Positions 9,251-18,786 of a DNA stretch of 56,743 bases are shown here, piece after piece. How positions within the stretch are numbered: position 1 is the first letter of the stretch; each line of letters opens with the position of its first letter. Source of the stretch: Candidatus Methylomirabilia bacterium (lineage in GTDB: Bacteria; Methylomirabilota; Methylomirabilia; Rokubacteriales; CSP1-6); contig JBHIBG010000010.1 in assembly GCA_046758965.1 (NCBI GenBank), positions 1 to 56,743 on the forward strand, given 5' to 3'. The position numbers were made by a program, and so were the translations under genes. A model generated the notes under the pieces. The model searched no databases. It was not told the DNA's origin and was given only the letters and a program-made list of their open reading frames with translations.

Positions 9251-10012
9251 ATGAAGCTCGGCGGTAAAGTTGCGCTGGTGACAGGAGCTGGATCGGGAAT
9301 CGGGGCGGGCACCGCCCTGCTCTTCGCGCGCGAAGGGGCGCGGGTGGCGTGCGTGGACATCAACGAGGCGACGGTCAAGCAAAGCGTGGAGCAGGTCGAG
9401 CGCGCCGGCGGCCAGGCGCTGGCGGTGAGCGCTGACGTGACAAAGGCTGCCGACAACCAGGCGATGGTCGAGCGTGCCATGGCGCAGTGGGGCCGGCTCG
9501 ACATCTTCTTCGCCAACGCCGGCGTACCTCAATCACCGACTCCTGTGGAGGAAGTGGACGAGGCCACGTTCGACCGGATTATGGCCGTGAACGTGAAGGG
9601 CGTCTTTCTTGGGGTCAGGGCTGCGGTGCCGGTGATGAAAGCTCAGGGGGGCGGGGTGATCCTGATCACCGCCTCCACGGCCGCTATCCGGCCGCGGCAT
9701 GGGATTCAGGCCTACGGCGCGTCCAAGGCCGCCGTCGTCGCGTTAACCAAGGGGCTGGCCCTGGAGCTCGCTCCTCACAGGGTCCGCGTGGTGGCCATTG
9801 CCCCTGTGGCTACCGACACCCCGATGCTTCCCGCCTTCATGGGCAAGACCGTTGTGGATGACAGAGCGCGGCAGGCGATGCTCAGGACAATCCCGTTGGG
9901 GCGCCTGAACACTCCGGACGATATCGCCCGGACTGCTCTCTTCCTCGCCTCCGACGATGCGGCCATGCTCACCGGGACCTGTGTGGAAGTGGATGGCGGC
10001 CGGTGCGTATGA
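9251..10012 (+). CDS. Short-chain dehydrogenase/reductase
   Basis: TGAGSGIG, NAG, YGASK; RBS AAGGAGG upstream. Confidence 0.9.
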   Translation: MKLGGKVALVTGAGSGIGAGTALLFAREGARVACVDINEATVKQSVEQVERAGGQALAVSADVTKAADNQAMVERAMAQWGRLDIFFANAGVPQSPTPVEEVDEATFDRIMAVNVKGVFLGVRAAVPVMKAQGGGVILITASTAAIRPRHGIQAYGASKAAVVALTKGLALELAPHRVRVVAIAPVATDTPMLPAFMGKTVVDDRARQAMLRTIPLGRLNTPDDIARTALFLASDDAAMLTGTCVEVDGGRCV

Positions 10013-10162
10013 ACCTGGTCGCGCTGGAAGCCGCGTCTCGGATCTCCCTCCATAGCCACCTCCGATAGCTCCGAGAGCGGCATCTTGGACGAGAGGTTGA
10101 ACCCGACGTGAAGTTCAAGTACGATTCGAACTGATGGTTCACGTGTAAGGGGAGAACACACC

Positions 10163-10633
10163 ATGACCGCGCAGAGCGAGATCAAGGTCGGTGACGAGGC
10201 GCCGGAGTTCACATTACAGGGGATCGGAGGCAAGGAGCATACCCTGAGCGAACTGAGAGGCAAGAAGAACGCGGTTCTCCTCTTCTATGTCCTTGACTGG
10301 ACCCCCGGCTGAACCAAGCAGATGCCCGCCTTCGAAGCGAAGCTGAAGGAGTTCGAAGCGGCGAATACCCAGGTCCTGGGTATCAGCACAGACAGCATCT
10401 TCTGCCACGAGGCGTGGGCGAAGTCACTGGGTGGGATCAGCTACCCGCTGCTCGGTGACGTTCACAGGGAGGTCGCCAAGCAATACGGGGTCTGGTGGCC
10501 GGAGCGAAACGCCAGCTACCGCGCGACCTTCATCGTGGACAAACATGGGAAGGTGCGGCTCGCGGAGCGGTACGGCAAGGGCGAGATCCCTGACACGGAG
10601 AAGATCTTGGCCGAAGTGCAGAAACTCCGATAG
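10163..10633 (+). CDS. Peroxiredoxin (AhpC/TSA, AhpE-like), predicted selenoprotein with Sec at codon 50 (TGA 10310-10312)
   Basis: ATG 10163 with GGGGAG RBS reads MTAQSEIKVGDEAPEFTL...LLFYVLDWTPG-TGA-TKQMPAF, in frame with ORF 10322..10633; the TGA occupies the peroxidatic Cys position of TxxC. Confidence 0.9.
10319..10345 (+). promoter_or_regulatory. Candidate bacterial SECIS hairpin of the peroxiredoxin
   Basis: CTTC-GAAGC-GAAG stem-loop with a G-starting loop 21 nt after the UGA; outer CAG/CTG pairing possible. Confidence 0.45.
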
Positions 10634-10636
10634 CAG

Positions 10637-11383
10637 ATGACTGCCCGGGCCATCCTCTTCGACTTCTTCGACACCCTCGTCCTCTTTGACCGGCGCCGAC
10701 TGCCTGAGATCCGACTGAATGGCAGGCTGGTGCATACCACGGCCGGGCGACTCTTGCCGATCCTGGCCCCTTACGCCCCCGGACTGGAACTCCCTCGCTT
10801 TTACGAAGCCCTCATCGCCAGCTGGCAGCAGGCCGAGGAGGTCCGGAGTGCCGACCATCGTGAGGTTCCTGCCGCCGAACGGTTTCGATTGCTGCTGAGC
10901 CATCTGGGCCTGGACCCTGCCGCCGTACCGTCTGAGGTCATCCAGGAGCTTCTCTCCGCCCACAAGCACGAGCTCTCAAAGGCTGCCGAACTCCCCCCCC
11001 ATCACCGCGCCTTGCTTGAGGGGCTGGCGCCCCGATTTCGGATGGGGATCGTCTCCAACTTTGATTATGCTCCCACCGTCCATGGGATCCTCCAGCGTGA
11101 GGGCATCGCCGGGTTCTTTCAGCCGGTGGTGGTGTCTGACCAGGTGGGGTGGCGGAAGCCCAAGCCCGTCATCTTCGAGACGGCGCTCGCGCGGTTGGGT
11201 CTCCCCCCCCGGGAGGCCCTCTTCGTCGGCGACCGGGCAGACATCGACGTGGTGGGTGCCACGCAGGTAGGGATGCCCGTGGCGTGGGTCAATCGGGAGG
11301 ACGAGCCGCTTCCTGAGGGGGTCCCGACTCCTGAGTACGAGCTCCGGGACTTGGGAGAGCTGGCCCGGCTGCTCGCGGTGTGA
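10637..11383 (+). CDS. HAD-superfamily hydrolase
   Basis: FDFFDTL motif I, IVSNF, WRKP, FVGDRADIDVVGA. Confidence 0.85.
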   Translation: MTARAILFDFFDTLVLFDRRRLPEIRLNGRLVHTTAGRLLPILAPYAPGLELPRFYEALIASWQQAEEVRSADHREVPAAERFRLLLSHLGLDPAAVPSEVIQELLSAHKHELSKAAELPPHHRALLEGLAPRFRMGIVSNFDYAPTVHGILQREGIAGFFQPVVVSDQVGWRKPKPVIFETALARLGLPPREALFVGDRADIDVVGATQVGMPVAWVNREDEPLPEGVPTPEYELRDLGELARLLAV

Positions 11384-11462
11384 GGCGGTTTCAGATCCTG
11401 AATCCAATGCTATTCTTGATGCATCTTATAGGCTGGGTCGATCGGAGGAGGAGCGCGCATTC

Positions 11463-12395
11463 ATGGCAACCCCGCGAAAGGTGATCATCATCGGCTCGGG
11501 ACCAGCCGGCTACACAGCCGCCGTCTATGCCGCCCGGGCCAACCTGGCGCCGTTGCTGTTCAGCGGAGTTCAAGCCGGGGGGCAGCTCATGCTTACCACC
11601 CTGGTCGAGAACTACCCCGGATTTGTGGACGGGATGATGGGCCCCGAGCTGATGGAGACCTTTCGAAAGCAGGCGGAACGGTTCGGGACCGAGATCATCG
11701 GTGAGGATGTCACCGCGGTTGACTTCTCTCAGCGGCCGTTCATCGTCAGGGCTGGCGACCGGGTGTTCGAAGGCCACACCGTCATTGTCGCCACGGGCGC
11801 CTCGGCCAAGCTCGTGGGGCTCGAGGCCGAGACGAAGCTCATGGGCCGCGGGGTCTCCACCTGCGCCACGTGCGATGGCTTCTTCTTCAAGGACCAGGAC
11901 ATCATGGTGGTGGGCGGGGGCGACTCCGCCATAGAGGAAGCCCTGTATCTGTCGCGGCTCGGCCGGAAGGTGGAGGTCGTCCACCGTCGGGACGCGCTCC
12001 GAGCCTCCAAGATCATGCAGGAGCGTGCCTTCAAGAATCCCAAGATCGAATTTGTCTGGAACAGCGTGCTCGTGGACGTGCTTGATCCGGCTAAGGCGAA
12101 AGTGACCGGGGTGAAGCTCAAGAACGTCAAGACCGGGGAGGTCCACGAGCGACCGGTGGACGGACTCTTTATCGCGATCGGGCATTCACCGAACACGGCG
12201 GTCTTTGCGGGTCAGATCGAGACGGATTCGAACGGCTACATCGTGACGACTCCGGGCACAACCAAAACCTCAGTGCCGGGCGTGTTCGCGGCAGGGGACG
12301 TCCAGGACCACGTCTATCGCCAGGCCGTGACCGCCGCGGGGACCGGGTGCATGGCGGCTCTGGAGGCTGAGCGCTACCTCGAAGCCCAACACTAA
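11463..12395 (+). CDS. trxB: Thioredoxin-disulfide reductase
   Basis: IIGSGPAGYTAA, CATCDG, GGGDSAIEEA, HRRD, FAAGDVQD. Confidence 0.97.
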   Translation: MATPRKVIIIGSGPAGYTAAVYAARANLAPLLFSGVQAGGQLMLTTLVENYPGFVDGMMGPELMETFRKQAERFGTEIIGEDVTAVDFSQRPFIVRAGDRVFEGHTVIVATGASAKLVGLEAETKLMGRGVSTCATCDGFFFKDQDIMVVGGGDSAIEEALYLSRLGRKVEVVHRRDALRASKIMQERAFKNPKIEFVWNSVLVDVLDPAKAKVTGVKLKNVKTGEVHERPVDGLFIAIGHSPNTAVFAGQIETDSNGYIVTTPGTTKTSVPGVFAAGDVQDHVYRQAVTAAGTGCMAALEAERYLEAQH

Positions 12396-12502
12396 GTCCT
12401 CCCTCCGGCCTCCAGTAGTTCCTTACCCTCACCAAACCTCCCGTATCGACACCGGTGCCTTCATGTGAGTGGCGCCCGATGAATCGGAGTGATCGAGCAG
12501 GG

Positions 12503-12895
12503 CACGGTCAGGCCTGTGTCGGGGATGCCCTCCCGCGCGAATCCGAGGAGCCGTCGGCGGCCGCGAAGCGCAGGAGGCCGGAGCGCTCCGAGCGCCCGAA
12601 CATCGTTGGGGCGCGAGGACTACCCCCCGCCGCGGGGGGATGGGGCCAACGGCCCCAGCGCGGGGGGTCATCAGGGGGGCTTGCCCCCCGGCGCACGGGG
12701 TGACAGCGAGCGGAGCGAGCGTCAGAGGGGCGGAGCCCCTGTGAGGGGCGCCTCGAGGCGCTAGCCCCGAGGCGCGACGGGATGGGGGCCAGTGCAGACG
12801 TCCGGAGCGAGGTACCCGCGGCGAAGGCGCGGGTGGGCCCGTCGGGGCGACGAGGCTTGAGCGAGGGAGCAGCACCCCGGCGCAGGGCTGGCGTG
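12503..12895 (+). ncRNA. Unassigned highly structured noncoding element (candidate RNA or structured ssDNA/MITE-like element)
   Basis: Long-range closing stem 12503-12534 / 12865-12895 with several G-U pairs on the + strand, enclosing many short hairpins; no credible ORF. Confidence 0.5.
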
Positions 12896-12967
12896 GGAGC
12901 GTGAGTTGCCATGGGGCGGCGCTTTGGCAACTTTGTCTGCGGATCGTTCCAAACCGTGACCGGTTAT

Positions 12968-15900
12968 CTAAGAGGGATCCACGGTCTGTACGGGGAGCCC
13001 AGCCAGCCGCCGCGTGAGGCGCACCACGTCATCCGCGATGGCATAGAGACACGGAATCAGGATGAGTGTGAGGATGGTGGCGAAGGAGAGACCCCAGACG
13101 ACCGAGATCGCCATGGGGGAGAGGAACTTGGCCTGGCCCGTCGCGAAGAACGCGAGGGGGATGAGCCCGCCCACAGTCGTGGCCGTGGTGAGCAGCACCG
13201 GCCTGAGCCGCGCCACTCCCGAGGCGAGGATCGCCTCGTCGCGGGAGATACCTGACTGCCGAGTGCGGTTGATGAAGTCCACCAGGATCAGCGAGTCGTT
13301 CACCACCACGCCGACCAGGGCCACGAGACCCATCAGGGAGAGAAAGCTCAGCGACTCACCCATGAGGAGGTGTCCGACCACGACGCCGACCAGCGCGAAG
13401 GGGATGGCCGTCAGCACCGCCAGGGGTTGAATGAAGGAGCGGAACAGCGATCCCAAGATGAAATAGATCAACAGGATCGCGATCACCGAGATCCGCGGCA
13501 GCGAGGCCAACGATGCCTCCGCTTCTTGACGCTCCCCCTTGATGGTGACCCGGTAGCCGGGGAGCCGGGTGCTCACGGCCGCGAACTTCCGCCTGACCCG
13601 CTCAGCCACCTGGAAGGCGTTCGCCTCACGGGTATCGACGTCAGCAAAGACCGTGATGGTCCGCTTCCGGTCATCCCGGCGAACCTTGCTGATCCCGACA
13701 GCCGTGCCGACTTCCGCGACGTCGCGCAGGAAGACCTGCTCGCCGGAGGGGAGCGTGATCTTCATCGTCGCCACCGTGTCGGGGCTCCGACGGGCCCTCG
13801 TAGGGAAGCGCACGACGATGGGGACCTCCTCGTCGCGCCTCTGGATGGTCGAGGCCTCCACCCCGAGGAACCCCTGCTGGACCTGCCGGGCAATCTGGCT
13901 GAGATCGAGCCCCAGCGCTCGGGCCTCGGGCCTGAGGGTGATCTGCAGTTCCTCCTTCCCTTCGGTGAAATCGTTCCGGACATCCCGCACGCCGGGGATG
14001 CCCTTGAGGAATGCCGCCACCTGGTCCGCCAGCTCCCCGAGGACAGCGATGTCCTCTCCCGCCACCCGCGCCTCGATCGGCGGGCCGCCGGGGCCGGCCT
14101 GGGTCTTCAGGAACTGGATCTTCGTGATGCCCGGGATCTGGGTCGTGCCGGCGCGGAGCTGGGCGATCACCTCATCCACGCGGCGCCGGCGGTTCTCGGT
14201 CAGCTCGACCATCAGCTGGCCCAAGTTGGGTCCGCGCTCCGCCCGGTGCACGTCCAGGAACGAGATGCCCACATTGGTGGCCAGCGACTTCAGTTCCCCG
14301 GGCGGGAGACCGAGCACCACCTGCTCCGCTTGCTTGGCCACCTCCAGCGTGTCCTCGATCTTGTTGCTCGGTGAGGTTTCGAAGTTGACGAAAAACTGGG
14401 AGGACTCGAACTCCCGGAAGAGCACGAAGGGGATCCGGTAGTACGCTGTGGCGGCGAGGAGAATGGTGACGGCGAGCAGGAGTGCGGTGGCCACGTAGCG
14501 CCAGCGGAGGGCCGTTGCAAGCAGAGCGTTGTAGGCGCGGCGGGTGCGCTCGAGCCACCTGCGCTGTCGGCGACGGACGCCCCCAGCGTACGCCGGCGTG
14601 ATGGCGTCGGCGAGGTGGGAGGGAAGCACGACGAGCGCTTCGAACAGCGAGGCGGCCAGGGTGAAGGTCACGACCCAGGGGATGGGGGAGAGAAAGATCC
14701 CCATGGTCCCTGGGATCAAGAGGAGGGGGAGAAATGCGGCGATTGTCGTGACGATCGTCGCCACCACCGGCCAGGCTACCTGGCTCGTACCCTGAACGGC
14801 AGCCTGCCTGGGGTCCATCCCCGTTTCCACGTGGCGGTAGACGTTCTCGGCTACGACGATCGCATCGTCAACAAGCAACCCCAGAACGAGGATCAGCCCG
14901 AAGAGAGAGACCATGTTCAGCGTGATGCCCCACGCCGACATGACGACGACCCCTCCCAGCATGGCGAACGGGATGCCCAGCGCGGTCAGGAGGGCGATGC
15001 GGGTTCGCAGGAACACCCACAGGGTGGCGAGTACGATGGTGAGCCCGATCGTGCCGCTCCAGCGCAAGGTGTTCAGGCGCTTCTGAATGAAGACGGAGAA
15101 GTCGTTGTACACCCCGAGCGTCACGGTGTCGGGCAACCGGGCTCGGACCTGCTCAACCAGGGCGCGGACCGAGGCGGCGATGTCGATCGCGTCACCCTCG
15201 CGCTCCTTGATGACTACCAGGTTGATGGCCGGGCGTCCCCCCCACCGGCTGAGGGTGGTCGGTTCCTCAAAGGTTTCGCGGACGCGCGCCAGATCCGCGA
15301 CGGTGAGCGCCGTGCCCGTGGCGAGGCTCCGCACGATAATCCGCTCGACCTCCTCGGCCCCGGCGGCTTCCCCCAGGGTCCGCACGAGGATCTCCCCGCG
15401 GGGGGTCTTCAAGGTCCCGCCGGGTACGTTTCGATTGTGGGCGGCGATGGCGGCTCGGATGTCGTCGAGGGTGAGCCCGTACTGGTCCAGGCGGGGAGGG
15501 TCCACCTCGACCCAGATCTGTCGCTCGCGGGTCCCGAGCATCCGCACGGCGGCGACGCCGGGGACTCGCGTGAGCTCATCCCTGAGGTCACGGGCCATCT
15601 CCCTGCGCGTGAACTCGTCGATGTCAGCCGCCAGCGACACGGTGATGACCGGGAACGTGGACTTGACCTCTCTCACAGTGGGTTGGTCGGCCTCTTCCGG
15701 CAAGTCGGTGACGTTGTCCAGGGCCGCTCGGACGTCGTTCAAGGCTCGGTTCATGTCGGTGTCCGGGCGGAACTTCAGGAGGATCTCGGAGCGACCTTCC
15801 TGAGAGATCGACGAGAGCTCGTCCAGGCCGTCAAGCTCGGCGACTTCCTCTTCGATCTTGACTGTGATGAGCTTCTCCACCTCGTCGGGAGAGGCGCTTG

Positions 15901-16057
15901 TGTAGACGGTCTCGATCAGGACTGCTCGGCGCGAGAACTCGGGAAAAAGCTCCCGGTGCATCGAAAGGTAGGTCACGACACCTGCCCCCAGGACGAACAG
16001 CGTGAGCAGGTTCACGAGGACGCGATTGCGGACCGAAAACTCGACGAACGCTCTCAC
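12968..16057 (-). CDS. RND efflux transporter permease (AcrB/AcrD/AcrF family)
   Basis: 1029 aa, GLLVDDAIVVAEN, GVVVNDSLILVD, RLRPVLLT. Confidence 0.95.
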   Translation of the reverse strand: MRAFVEFSVRNRVLVNLLTLFVLGAGVVTYLSMHRELFPEFSRRAVLIETVYTSASPDEVEKLITVKIEEEVAELDGLDELSSISQEGRSEILLKFRPDTDMNRALNDVRAALDNVTDLPEEADQPTVREVKSTFPVITVSLAADIDEFTRREMARDLRDELTRVPGVAAVRMLGTRERQIWVEVDPPRLDQYGLTLDDIRAAIAAHNRNVPGGTLKTPRGEILVRTLGEAAGAEEVERIIVRSLATGTALTVADLARVRETFEEPTTLSRWGGRPAINLVVIKEREGDAIDIAASVRALVEQVRARLPDTVTLGVYNDFSVFIQKRLNTLRWSGTIGLTIVLATLWVFLRTRIALLTALGIPFAMLGGVVVMSAWGITLNMVSLFGLILVLGLLVDDAIVVAENVYRHVETGMDPRQAAVQGTSQVAWPVVATIVTTIAAFLPLLLIPGTMGIFLSPIPWVVTFTLAASLFEALVVLPSHLADAITPAYAGGVRRRQRRWLERTRRAYNALLATALRWRYVATALLLAVTILLAATAYYRIPFVLFREFESSQFFVNFETSPSNKIEDTLEVAKQAEQVVLGLPPGELKSLATNVGISFLDVHRAERGPNLGQLMVELTENRRRRVDEVIAQLRAGTTQIPGITKIQFLKTQAGPGGPPIEARVAGEDIAVLGELADQVAAFLKGIPGVRDVRNDFTEGKEELQITLRPEARALGLDLSQIARQVQQGFLGVEASTIQRRDEEVPIVVRFPTRARRSPDTVATMKITLPSGEQVFLRDVAEVGTAVGISKVRRDDRKRTITVFADVDTREANAFQVAERVRRKFAAVSTRLPGYRVTIKGERQEAEASLASLPRISVIAILLIYFILGSLFRSFIQPLAVLTAIPFALVGVVVGHLLMGESLSFLSLMGLVALVGVVVNDSLILVDFINRTRQSGISRDEAILASGVARLRPVLLTTATTVGGLIPLAFFATGQAKFLSPMAISVVWGLSFATILTLILIPCLYAIADDVVRLTRRLAGLPVQTVDPS

Positions 16058-17304
16058 GGCTCGAGCTGCCGCGTCTCCACCACTTGCACGGGGGCACCGT
16101 CTCGAAGGAGGTGTTGGCCCGTGACCACCAGGAGGTCACCGGGCGCGAGGCCTTCGTGGATCAGGTAACGGGACCCGAAGGTCCGAGCGATCGTAATCCC
16201 CTGAGAGTGCACGATTTGGCGCTCGGCATCGGCGATGAACACGATGGGGGCGCCGTCCCGGGCGACCACGCTTGAGCGTGGTATGAGAATGGCAGTCGGG
16301 TAGGAGCGTACCGGAATGCTGGCGCGTGCGAACATCCCTGGCAGCAGGCGCCTGGGACCCTTGTTATCGACGAGGATCTCCACCGGAAACGTTCTCGTTG
16401 CGGTGTCGGCTCGGGGCCCCACGTGCGCGACCCGGCCGTGGAACGCCTCAGGGAATCCGGCCACGCGGAGTTGGGCGACAGCTCCGGGGTGGAGGAGCCC
16501 GATGTTATCGGCGCGCACGCGGGCCAGAATCTTCACGACAGCCAGATCCGCCAGACGGAAGAGCACCGTTCCCGGCGCGACCTGCTCCCCGACGGTCACG
16601 AGCTTTTCGGAGATCACCCCCGCGAAAGGGGCACGCACCTGGGTGTCTGCCAAGGCCTGCCGCGCCCGCGCCAGCTCGGCCGCCGCCGCCGCGGCATCGG
16701 CCACCGCCACGGCGTGCTTCGCGTTGGCCTCTCGCAGACCGCTCTCGGCCAGCTCCAGCTCTTCCTGGATCCGACGGAGGGTGAGCTCAGCGCGCTCCAG
16801 ATCTTGCGGCGCGATGAGCTCCCGCTTCAGCAGATCCGCCAGCCGGGTATGCTCGCTGCGGGCGAGGTTCAGCTTGTCCCGGTTGATCCTGATCAGGCTT
16901 TCCTGCCGTCGGATCTCGACCTCGATGCTTCGGATCTGGGCCTTGGCGCGGGCCAGCAGTGCCTCTCGGCGCACTGTCTCGATGCGAAACGGGGTGGGAT
17001 CGATCTCGGCGAGGAGGACCCCTTGCTCGGTGGGCGCGCCGAGCTCGACTGCGGGAGGAACCTTCGCGACCGGGCCGGCAACCTCGGCGCTGATCGCCGC
17101 TTCGCGAATGGCCTGGACGGTCCCGAGGGCCTCCAGGTTGTGGGTGAACGGCCTGGGCGCGATGCGAACCACCGCCACCGCCACGGCGACTGAACTGGGC
17201 TCCGGGGGGTGGGGGTCTTCCACGGCTTGGATCAGGTACACGCCAGCTGCTGTCAGTGCCACGATGGCAAGGATCAAGAAGAGGGAGACGCTCCGCCGGG
17301 TCAT
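16054..17304 (-). CDS. RND efflux periplasmic adaptor (membrane fusion protein)
   Basis: N-terminal TM anchor, ISAEVAG, coiled coil, VRAPFAGVI, LLPGMFAR; ATG 17304. Confidence 0.9.
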   Translation of the reverse strand: MTRRSVSLFLILAIVALTAAGVYLIQAVEDPHPPEPSSVAVAVAVVRIAPRPFTHNLEALGTVQAIREAAISAEVAGPVAKVPPAVELGAPTEQGVLLAEIDPTPFRIETVRREALLARAKAQIRSIEVEIRRQESLIRINRDKLNLARSEHTRLADLLKRELIAPQDLERAELTLRRIQEELELAESGLREANAKHAVAVADAAAAAAELARARQALADTQVRAPFAGVISEKLVTVGEQVAPGTVLFRLADLAVVKILARVRADNIGLLHPGAVAQLRVAGFPEAFHGRVAHVGPRADTATRTFPVEILVDNKGPRRLLPGMFARASIPVRSYPTAILIPRSSVVARDGAPIVFIADAERQIVHSQGITIARTFGSRYLIHEGLAPGDLLVVTGQHLLRDGAPVQVVETRQLEP

Positions 17305-17473
17305 TGCCAGGGCCCCGTGTGGGTCGTTTGCGCTCTGGGAGGTGATCTCAATTGGCTCTCCTGTGCGACGGTCTCCCCTCGTTGGCTCCGTCGGTGGACC
17401 GGGCTGATCACCGATATGATACCGCGAAGCGTGCCAGTTCGAATGCCTGGCGGAACGCGGTATACTGAACGGG

Positions 17474-18505
17474 ATGGACACTGACCGACGCTACCAGCTC
17501 CAGTCGGAAGCCGCCAACCGCGGGATCGATGCCCTCCTGGAGCACCTGCAGGTCCCCTCCCAGGCGTGGCGCTACTACTCCGAAATGCTGACGACCGTCC
17601 TAAAAATGTTCGAGGACGGCGCTGACCTCGGAGAGCTCAAGATCACCAACACGGCGCTGAAGGAGCTGCGGTATGGGTTCAAGGTGTTTGCGCCCTACCG
17701 CGACGTCCCCAAGGTGACGGTGTTTGGGTCGGCCCGGACCCTCCCAGACGATCCTATCTCGCGCCAGGCCCAGGCCTTCGCCAGGGGCATGGCCGACGCG
17801 GGGTGGATGGTGATCACGGGCGCCGGCGACGGGGTGATGGCGGCCGCCCAGCACGGGGCTGGACGAGAGCAGAGCTTTGGCCTCAACATTCGGATTCCGT
17901 GGGAGCAGGAGGCCAACCCCGTTATCGCCGATGACGCGAAGCTGATCAACTTCAAGTACTTCTTCATCCGGAAGCTCTTCTTCCTCAAGGAGGCGGCGGC
18001 CGTCTGCCTCTTCCCCGGCGGGTTCGGGACCTCTGACGAGGCGTTTGAAGTGTTCACCTTGATCCAGACCGGCAAGACCATCGTGATGCCGGTGGTGCTC
18101 GTCGATGTCCCGGGCGGTCAGTTCTGGAAGACCTGGGAAGGGTTTATTGTGCATGAGATGGTCGAGCGAGGCCTGATCTCACCCGATGACGTCCACCTGT
18201 TCCGTCTGACCGACGACCCCGGGGTGGCGGCTCGAGAGATTCTGGATTTCTACCGAGTGTTTCACTCCCAGCGGGTGGTGGGTGACGACGTGGTGCTCCG
18301 GCTGCGCCGCGCCTTGCCCGCCCAGACGCTTTCCGCCCTTGAGGCCCAGTTCGAAGATCTCCTGCACGGCCAGGCTGAGCAGATTCAAGGGCCGCTGGCT
18401 CAGGAAAGCGGGGAATTTCCCGAGCTCGTCCGCCTCCGGTTTCCGGCTGTCCGGACCAACTTCGGTCGCCTGCGTCTGCTGATCGACGCCATTAACCGCA
18501 GTTGA
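17474..18505 (+). CDS. LOG family (nucleotide 5'-monophosphate nucleosidase-like) protein
   Basis: VTVFGSAR, ITGAGDGVM, FKYFFIRK, FPGGFGTSDE. Confidence 0.9.
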   Translation: MDTDRRYQLQSEAANRGIDALLEHLQVPSQAWRYYSEMLTTVLKMFEDGADLGELKITNTALKELRYGFKVFAPYRDVPKVTVFGSARTLPDDPISRQAQAFARGMADAGWMVITGAGDGVMAAAQHGAGREQSFGLNIRIPWEQEANPVIADDAKLINFKYFFIRKLFFLKEAAAVCLFPGGFGTSDEAFEVFTLIQTGKTIVMPVVLVDVPGGQFWKTWEGFIVHEMVERGLISPDDVHLFRLTDDPGVAAREILDFYRVFHSQRVVGDDVVLRLRRALPAQTLSALEAQFEDLLHGQAEQIQGPLAQESGEFPELVRLRFPAVRTNFGRLRLLIDAINRS

Positions 18506-18551
18506 CCGTGCTGCTGGCCAGCACGGGCGGCTGCGCCGGGGTCCCGGTCAA

Positions 18552-18734
18552 CTACTCCGGTTCTGGACGCTTTTCGGTGGTCTGGCAGTGGGTGCAGACC
18601 CACGTCCGCCACACCAGGCGGTGTAGGTCGCGGCGGAGGGTCCACGGGATCATGGCGCGCCGTCCGCAGTGCGGGCAGTTCTCGGCTCGTGCGCCTTCGG
18701 GAAGGTCTGAAGGAAGCCAGGGGACCTTCACCAT
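18552..18734 (-). CDS. Small zinc-ribbon protein (60 aa)
   Basis: MVKVPWLP...CPHCG...WVCTHC; two CxxC pairs. Confidence 0.65.
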   Translation of the reverse strand: MVKVPWLPSDLPEGARAENCPHCGRRAMIPWTLRRDLHRLVWRTWVCTHCQTTEKRPEPE

Positions 18735-18786
18735 CCTGCATCTCTTGTGCCCTATGGCGTGGGCCGTGTCAAGCGTGACCTCAAAG

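Noticed and set aside
10322..10633. 103-aa peroxiredoxin as listed in the ORF track, or a nonsense pseudogene
   Set aside because: It lacks the active site; readthrough from 10163 with Sec explains the sequence better
12429..12952. Several short ORFs across the structured intergenic region
   Set aside because: Low-complexity Arg/Gly/Pro/Ala translations with no RBS or motifs; the region is better explained by base pairing
17422..17437. Possible sigma54 promoter (TGGCACG) upstream of the RND adaptor on the minus strand
   Set aside because: The -12 position reads GG rather than the required GC
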